Shown here: positions 56,272 through 64,000 of the stretch, piece after piece
How the letters are laid out: every line of letters begins with the position of its first letter
Position numbering within the stretch: the first letter of the stretch is position 1
NCBI RefSeq assembly: GCF_006345805.1
Contig: NC_043008.1
Coordinates: forward strand, 9,920,001 to 9,984,000
Direction: 5' to 3'
Length of the DNA stretch: 64,000 bases
From: Octopus sinensis
Taxonomy: Eukaryota
The notes under the pieces: generated by a model
The model's input: only the letters and a program-made list of their open reading frames with translations
The model's database searches: none
Told to the model about the DNA's origin: nothing
Made by a program: the position numbers and the translations under genes

Positions 56272-57417
56272 TACATGTGAGTTCTCTAGACATCCTAGTG
56301 GTTGAGGCTATACTCATGAAGTAATGTAGATAATTAAGTAACATAAACAGATTTCCAAAGTTCATTAAAGTTCTTTAAAGATGATGTACAGTCTTATCAC
56401 AGAATTTTAAAAAAAGTTTTAATAGCATCACAGAGAAGGTGACCTAATCCATAGTGCACATATGAATTTCCAGAGATATGATGGGGGATTACATACTCAC
56501 AGAAGACAAATTTATCCATTGTTAATCACAACGAGGTGGGTCTCAATTCCTGCTTATTAGCATTACAGAGAGGGTGAATTAATCCTTTGTATAGATGCAC
56601 AATTTCCAATGGTGTAGATGTAAATTTCCAGAGAAATGAAGAGGAATTTCATATTCACAGGCGATAAATTTATCAATGGTTGAACAATGAGGTAGGTATC
56701 AATTCTTGTTATATGATTAGGTATTTGCCACATTAATCACATTACTGCTACTCTTTTTTCTTTTTTCTTTTTCTTCTTCTTATTCTCTTTTTCCTTTTCT
56801 CTTCTCGTTTAGTCCCCTCCCCCCCTTTTTGCTCCCTCCTCCTTTATTTCTCTCTTTTCTTCTTTCCCTTCCCTTTTCTATTCTTTGCCTCTCTAGAAAG
56901 CCCTTCAGCCTTTAAAAGTTAAATAGCTACAGCCTCTTGTAAATAGCAGTAATGTGATTAATGTGGCAAATACCTAATCATATAACAAGAATTGATACCT
57001 ACCTCATTGTTCAACCATTGATAAATTTATCGCCTGTGAATATGAAATTCCTCTCATTTCTCTGGAAATTTACATCTACACCATTGGAAATTGTGCATCT
57101 ATACAAAGGATTAATTCACCCTCTCTGTAATGCTAATAAGCAGGAATTGAGACCCACCTCGTTGTGATTAACAATGGATAAATTTGTCTTCTGTGAGATG
57201 TAATCCCTCATCATATCTCTGGAAATTCATATGTGCACTATGGATTAGGTCACCTTCTCTGTGATGCTATTAAAACTTTTTTAAATTCTGTGATAAGACT
57301 GTACATCATCTTAAAGAACTTTAATGAACTTTGGAAATCTGTTTATGTTACTTAATTATCTACATTACTTCATGAGTATAGCCTCAACCACTAGGATGTC
57401 TAGAGAACTCACATGTA

Positions 57418-57508
57418 TTTTAGCTGATGAGTACGGGACACGTTTATATGCTGTAATTTTTGCAACTTTTAATAAAGCCTGTCCTTGTATGAAACGATTG
57501 TACTAAAA
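57418..57508 (+). ncRNA. Type I hammerhead ribozyme
   Basis: Stem I ttttag/ctaaaa; CTGATGA at 57424; long stem II GTACGGGACA...TGTCCTTGTAT; GAAAC GATT GTA; predicted cut after 57502. G10.1-U11.1 wobble. Confidence 0.8.
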
Positions 57509-57679
57509 ACCTATCCATTCTTGTTGCTTCTTTCTCGCTTATAATCACCCCACATTACTGTATTGTTAAAACAGTATAGTTTTTTTTGGTGCATCTAAGT
57601 TAGGTACCATATTCAAGTAAATTCATTTAAATTAACTTGAATCTTTATTGCTTTTTATATATATAATATATATATATAT

Positions 57680-57880
57680 CGTTAGCTCCTACACGCATTT
57701 TTTTTCTCTCCTTGTTTCTCTCCTTGTTTTTATTCTGTGTATCTTTCTGCCGAAGAGCGTAGGCTCGAAACGTAAAAGACTTGTTCTATTTCTATTCCTG
57801 AGCGCTATACTAATACATTTGTTTGTTTGTACTCCACCTGCCTTCGTCTTTTGTTTATTTTCGTAAACCTTCCCGTTATA
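57680..57880 (+). mobile_element. Dispersed repeat with minimal hammerhead-like motif
   Basis: tcttt CTGCCGA A GAGC gtag GCTC GAAAC GTA aaaga at 57742-57779. Confidence 0.7.
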
Positions 57881-57914
57881 TATATATATATAATTTTCCT
57901 ACCCAGTATATTTT

Positions 57915-57959
<45 letters not shown>

Positions 57960-58249
57960 AAAAATATACAGGGTAGGAAAATTTTAGAATTTTTTCTAGC
58001 AGTGGACTAGCATGCATAAAATAGTCAATAGACTATATATTATTCATATAAAATTAGTGTACATTTAACACGTAAGAGGTGCCCGGTGTGACAGGACACC
58101 TAACATGCTAGGAGGACCAGTCAAAATCCAAACCACGATTAGAGGTAATTTCGAAGGGAATAAAAAATAAAAACATTTACCATATTTTGTTACCGAACCA
58201 TGATTTCGAATTTTAATTAGCAAATAAAATAATATATAATATATATATA

Positions 58250-58485
58250 CAGGGTGGCCCAAAAGCAGGTTTACAGTAATTCAACTAATTCTTTTGCATT
58301 CTTATATTAACAATTCAGATTTTAACTATAAAAAAAAATATGAAACCATTATTCTATGCTAATTTAGTGAATTTTGTCAAGCTCCCTTTTCAGTCTGTAA
58401 GATAGAAATTTAAATGTAATAAAATGTTTTAAAAGAATTGTAAGTGCCTACATGATAACTGTACACATACTTTTGGGCCACCCTG
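58250..58485. mobile_element. Tc1/mariner MITE (236 bp)
   Basis: 28 bp TIR CAGGGTGGCCCAAAAG(C/T)A(G/T)GT(T/G)TACAGT with TA on both sides. A related solo end lies at about 49830-49862. Confidence 0.9.
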
Positions 58486-58508
58486 TATTCATTTATATAT
58501 ACATATAT

Positions 58509-58579
<71 letters not shown>

Positions 58580-59694
58580 TGTATGTATGTATTATGTATG
58601 TATGTATTTATGTATGTATGTATGTATGTATATGGAGGTGTCTTTGTGTATATGTTTGTCACGCACACCGCTAGAAAACCAGTATTGGTTTGATTACGTC
58701 CCCGTAACTTAGCGGTTCAGCAAAAGAAGCCAATAGAATAAGTACCAGTCTTACAAAATCGTAAGTACTGGAGTCGATTTGTTTGACTAAAATCTTTCAA
58801 TGTGGCGGCCCAGCATGGCCACAGTCCATTCATTGAAACAAATAAAACGTAAAGGAAAGAGATCTAGGAGTGCATTATCAAAAGTGTTATTCTCCATTTT
58901 TCATAAGATACCGGCATGTAGTCTGAGTGAGATTTAGCCGTTATTTCTAGCAGATCATACGGCCACAGAGAGACTCCAGAATTGGTCTGTATAATTCACC
59001 AATGTTTTGTTACCTTGCTGTACTATGTTGAAGTTCTACTGTGTGTCTGGGGAATGCAAAATAAAATCGATTCACTTCAGCGAGTTTTTCTAATGGACTG
59101 ATCATGTCGGTGATTATAGACTGCATGTAATAATTAATACAATGCTTAACAGCCGAACAAGTTTTAAACTAATCACACACAACTATCTAATATCCGTTGA
59201 ATGACTGAAACAACTTAAGGAGGTTTAAACCACAATCTCTTATGTTTCGACAATTGATTTCAAATCACTTCAATGGTAAATGTTGATATTCAACCCGTGA
59301 TTCAATTACTAATATAATAATAGTATATAACTAAATAGGATTAATTTATTATTTCACTAATTGCTGGCCTTGTGCCCAAATTTGAAACCCAGGAGTGGCT
59401 GTGTGGTAAGTAGCTTGCTTACCAACCACATGTGTGTAGACAGCCGACAACTGATAAAGGGTCGTTCTCTGAGTTACTTGTCCTGTTTTGCACTTTTTTC
59501 TCTCGTTTGCGTATTTAACTCGTTTGTTTTCGTACTTCATGTTGTTTACACAGTTAGTGACGTCCTGTACCCATATCTATATCTATACCTATATCTATAT
59601 CTATACCTATATCTATTATATATATATATTATATATATATATATATAATTATGGTGAAATAGAAAGATGAATAATCTTGTAGTAGATTAATCAA

Positions 59695-59793
59695 AATCGG
59701 ATTTTGGTAAATTGTGCCTTTCGAAACACGTGTAGAATGAAATAAAACGATTTCTGTTCAATCTGCGTTCAGCTCCATTCTTCAATTCACCAA

Positions 59794-59797
<4 letters not shown>
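59695..59797 (+). mobile_element. Second copy of the hammerhead-bearing repeat of 9554-9657 (5' truncated)
   Basis: aatcggattttggtaa.ttgtgcctttcgaaacacgtgtagaatgaaataaaacgatttctgttc...caccaataat. Confidence 0.9.
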
Positions 59798-59827
<30 letters not shown>

Positions 59828-59829
59828 CC

Positions 59830-59945
59830 CTTTTCAGTTATTTGACTTATTCTTTGTAAGCCTAGGGCTTATCGATCTCTTTTGCCGAACCGCTAAGTTT
59901 TGGGGACATAAACACACCAACATCGGTTGTCAAATACACATACAC

Positions 59946-60002
<57 letters not shown>

Positions 60003-60172
60003 ATATATATACGCGACGGGATTCTTTCCATTTCCGTCTACCAAATCCACTCACAAGGCTTTGATCGACCCGAGGCAATAGTAGAAGACACTTGCCCAAC
60101 GTGCCACGCAGTGGAACTGAACCCGGAACCATGTGGTTGGAAAGCAAGCTTCTTACCATACAGCCACGCCTG
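59830..60172 (-). mobile_element. SINE family A
   Basis: Matches 14201-14593. Confidence 0.85.
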
Positions 60173-60223
60173 TGTCTATATATATATATATATAATTAAT
60201 ATAAACACCAGAGAGAGAGAGAG

Positions 60224-60269
<46 letters not shown>

Positions 60270-61437
60270 GAGAGAGAGACCGAGAGAGAGAGACCGAGAG
60301 AGAGAGAGAGCGGGTTTTGTTTTTATAAATGTAAATAACACCGAATCTTCAGATTTGCAGCTCACATTCGAACTCGTGGGTCGACATTTAGATTCATATT
60401 ATCGTCACTATTGCTGTGCTCTGACCTATGATCATAGCGCGGACTCATCACTGCGGTTGGGTTAATCTACTCTGCTACAAAAAGCAGAGGCCCAACTATT
60501 TTTTGTCCCAGATCAAACTTGATCCACAATACCCACGATCAAAAGTAGTCTTTCTGTTTTTTTTTTACAAATCCAGGGCCGGCTGCTTTCAATTCAGGCG
60601 TGAGATTGCTCTGTGATAAGAAACCCACTTTTGCAACCACTTACTTTCGGTTTCAATACCAATGCGCGGCACCTTGGACGTCTTATACTATAAATGAATT
60701 TGGGAGATGGAAAGTTTGGAAGCCTGTCATGTGTGTGTGTGCGCGTGCACTGCGTCCAAGCTATGATCTCAGATCCCAGGGCAGCGATGGTGGCGGTAAT
60801 ATGAATCACAATTTCCACCCACCAACTTGAATGTGAGCTGATAACCTGACGACTCGGTATAAAATTGTTTACCGATAAAAAAAGAAAAAAATCTGCACTC
60901 GTTGCCAACAAATGTGCACTAGGTTAATTTCCTCAGTCGTTCCAGCGGAACCGATATTAAGAATCATTATTTAAATATTTATACCATTTAATCTATACTC
61001 TTGCATCGATACATGGCGGCTAATCACTTAAAGTAGAAGGAACATTGTTTTTATCATTATATTTCACTTATTTTTTTCTCATTTTTTGCTAACCGTAATT
61101 TACATATTTCTTATTCCATTTATGTAATTACGAGAAGAAATTGGTTTTGTCAGATGCCGCTTTTAATATACTGAAATGCTAGTCGTTTCTTCATCATTTA
61201 TATTTCATTTCTCGCTGTATTTCTTACAGACGGTTTTCAAAATGAACCTTCTTAAAGTGACCTCTTTTTTTCTCCAGGCTGAAAATATATATATATATAT
61301 ATATATATAGCAAGGAAAAACGAAATCAATATTAAAGATAATAACAGCGTGTTAACTGAAACTGTGAAAATGATTAAATATACACAATTCATCATCATCA
61401 TTATCATCATTAGCATCATCATTATTATCATCATTAA

Positions 61438-62020
61438 GGCGGCGAGCTGGCAGAAACGTGAGCACGCCGGGCGAAATGCTTAGCGGTATTTCGTCTGCAG
61501 CTACGTTCTGAGTTCAAATTCCGCCGAGGACGACTTTGCCTTTCATCCTTTCGGGGTCGATTAAATAAGTACCAGTTACGCACTGGGGTCGATGTAATCG
61601 ACTTAATCCTTGTGTCTGTCCTTGTTTGTCCCCTCTGTGTATAGCCCCTTGTGGGTAGTAAAGATATAGGTATTTCGTCTGCCGCTACGTTCTGAGTTCA
61701 AATTCTGACGAGGTCGACTTTGCCTTTCATCCTTTCGGGGTCGATTAAATAAGTACCAGTTACGCACTGGGGTCGATGTAATCAACTTAATCCGTGTGTC
61801 TGTCCTAGTTTGTCCCCTCTGTGTTTAGCCCCTTGTGGATAGTAAAGAAATAGGTATTTCGTCTGCCGCTACATTCTGAGTTCAAATACCACCGAGGTCG
61901 ACTTTGCCTTTCATCCTTTCGGGGTCGATAAATTAAGTACTAGTTGAATACTGGGGTCAATTTAATCAACTTATCTCGTCCTCCGAAATTGCAGGCCTTG
62001 TGCCTTTAGTAGAAAGGATT
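61438..62020 (+). mobile_element. SINE B tandem trimer, exact 184 bp period
   Basis: gtatttcgtctgc restarts at 61486, 61670 and 61854. Confidence 0.92.
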
Positions 62021-62249
62021 GTTGTTCATTATCGCCATCATTACGGTGGCGAGCTGGCAAAATCGTTAGCTCGCTGGAGGAAACATTTAGTAGTATTTCG
62101 CTTGTCGCTGCGTTCCGAGTTCGAATTACGTCGCGGTCGACTTTTTCTTTTATTATTTTGGGGTCGATAAATTAAGTACCAGTGAAACACTGAGGTCGAT
62201 GTAATCGGTTGCAGGTTTGTTTTCTGTAAATTTGAACTATATATATAAC

Positions 62250-62384
62250 TGTTAAAGAGGATAACAAACATTAAGGCAAGACAAAAAATCTCAAGTCGTA
62301 TACAATATTATTATTGGAAAAAAATAATATTGTATACGACTTCAGATATTTGCCTTGCTTTAATATTTGTTGTCCTCTTTAACA
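62250..62384. repeat. Inverted repeat, ~62 bp arms, 10 bp loop
   Basis: tgttaaagagga...agtcgtatacaatattatt pairs with aataatattgtatacgact...tcctctttaaca. Confidence 0.9.
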
Positions 62385-62689
62385 ATTCTATATCCGCTGC
62401 ATCGGATATCTGCAATGGCTCCGTAACTACCTTCTCGGCTATAACCTTGGAGCCCTAGTAATCCGGTACACCACTTACCTAGCGTACCTAATCGTTTAGA
62501 TCACCTTTGAACTAAACCCTCATACTTTGTATGTATTTGTGTGTGTGCGTGTGTATGTGCGCGTGTATGTGTGTGTGTGTGTGCATGCACGCCTGTGTGT
62601 ACATGTATGTATAGGCACGTACACACACACATATATATATATAATATATATATATATCGCCATGATATATATATATCGCCAGATCGCCA

Positions 62690-62895
62690 TGTTGATTCGT
62701 TAGTTACTGCACGCATTTTTTTTCTCTCCTTCTTTCTGTGTTTTTTTTCTCTGTGTATCTTTCTGTTGAAGAGCGTAGGCTCGAAACGTTAAAGACTTGT
62801 TTTATTTATATTTCCTGAGCGCCATACTAATACAATTGTTTGTTTGTTTTCCACCTGCCTTCGTCTTTTGTCTATTTTCATAAAGCTTCCCGTTA
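62690..62895 (+). mobile_element. Dispersed repeat with minimal hammerhead-like motif
   Basis: tcttt CTGTTGA A GAGC gtag GCTC GAAAC GTT aaaga at 62758-62795. Confidence 0.7.
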
Positions 62896-62907
62896 TATAT
62901 TATATAT

Positions 62908-62953
<46 letters not shown>

Positions 62954-63633
62954 ATCCGTTATGGTGGTGGTAACGATGGGGAGTGAATTTGTACGCACAA
63001 TTTGAGGAGATCATTCAATTGACATACATAAAATGAACACACTATAGTTGTACATACACTGAAAGCAGTAACTAATCACTTATTATAAGAAACAAAGATC
63101 TTAAAAGTAAACGATTTTGTTGTTTGCGTATATTTCATATTATAAAAGCTTTCAGGTCTACTTTAAAATGTTGCTCATATTTGCAACACTTTAACGAGAA
63201 TTTTCTCGAGAGGTAATGTTATATATGTATGTGTGTGTGTATGTGTGTGTGTGTGAGCGTATGTGTGTATAAATGTATATGCAGGAACGTGGCGTGTGTG
63301 TGTGTGTGTGTCTAATAGTTTGGACTAATGAGTATACGTCAATTACTGTGGTGGTGTGTTGAGTAAAGCACCGCTACGGGTTTGGGCTACCTGGTGTCAT
63401 CCGCAATTGGGGAATATTTCTCTTGGATCTACTTCAGGAATTCCGCAGTGTTAGTTGTAATAGTAACTCTTTATTTTGTACAACAATCGTTTCAACCCAT
63501 CCTGCAAATATCCTTTATAGGTGGGATGCTGTGCATCATACTATGTTGCATCAATCTTGCATTAAATGGAGCGGGCAAATAATACGACTGCCCAAAATCA
63601 AGATCTTTAGCGGGACACCACTTTATGTATGAA

Positions 63634-63702
63634 TGTACCTGATGTGACCCAGGCTACAAGATTAATGCAAAATAGTTGCAAGATGGGTCGAAACGTAATG
63701 CA
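63634..63702 (+). ncRNA. Hammerhead-like motif with core mutation
   Basis: tgtac CTGATGT GACCCA...TGGGTC GAAAC GTA atgca. A9 reads T, stem II is 6 perfect pairs. Confidence 0.55.
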
Positions 63703-63817
63703 CTAATACCTGGACATCCTTGTTACTTATTTGCTTTTTATTCACCTAACTTCGAGCGATGCGGACAATACCGGTCTGACTTGGTGCTTCAACTTAAGTA
63801 CCTAATTCAACCGAATC

Positions 63818-63863
<46 letters not shown>

Positions 63864-63878
63864 ATATATATATATATA

Positions 63879-64000
63879 GGCGCAGGAGTGGCTGTGTGGT
63901 AAGTAGCTTGCTTACCAACCACATGGTTCCGGTTCGGTCCCGCTGCGTGGCACCTTGGGCGGGTGTCTTCTACTATAGCCTCGGGCCGACTAAAGCCTTG
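63879..64000 (+). mobile_element. SINE family A head (cut by window end)
   Basis: ggcgcaggagtggctgtgtggtaagtagcttgc... Confidence 0.9.

Larger units (their letters stand above)
56152..57538. repeat. Long near-perfect inverted repeat (arms 56152-56750 and 56944-57538, 193 bp spacer)
   Basis: The arms align along their whole length with only a few 1 nt indels and substitutions. The spacer is pyrimidine-rich. Confidence 0.97.

Noticed and set aside
60340-60900. Several TGATGA/CTGACGA plus hairpin motifs
   Set aside because: The GAAA strand is missing in each, so they are too degenerate to call.

Overview
AT-rich, repeat-dominated eukaryotic DNA. The SINE families and the (TA)n/(TACA)n/(GATA)n/(ATT)n load look like an octopus genome (inference from recalled repeat families). 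No intact protein-coding gene is visible, and nearly all long ORFs in the track are translated microsatellites. The window holds three tRNA-like SINE families in many copies, decayed mariner and pogo/Tc5 transposases, R4/Dong-like LINE fragments, a Penelope-like (PLE) GIY-YIG endonuclease fossil, a complete non-autonomous Helitron and several MITEs. The most striking signal is hidden RNA structure. At least nine long inverted repeats occur, and the two largest (323 bp at 9.3 kb; 1.39 kb at 56-57.5 kb) carry a type I hammerhead ribozyme fold in each arm, in the same outward-facing geometry. Further solo and variant hammerhead motifs occur at 11.5, 24.4, 26.2, 43.7, 57.7, 62.8 and 63.6 kb. All structures were paired by eye, none was computed, and coordinates of dispersed repeats are approximate.
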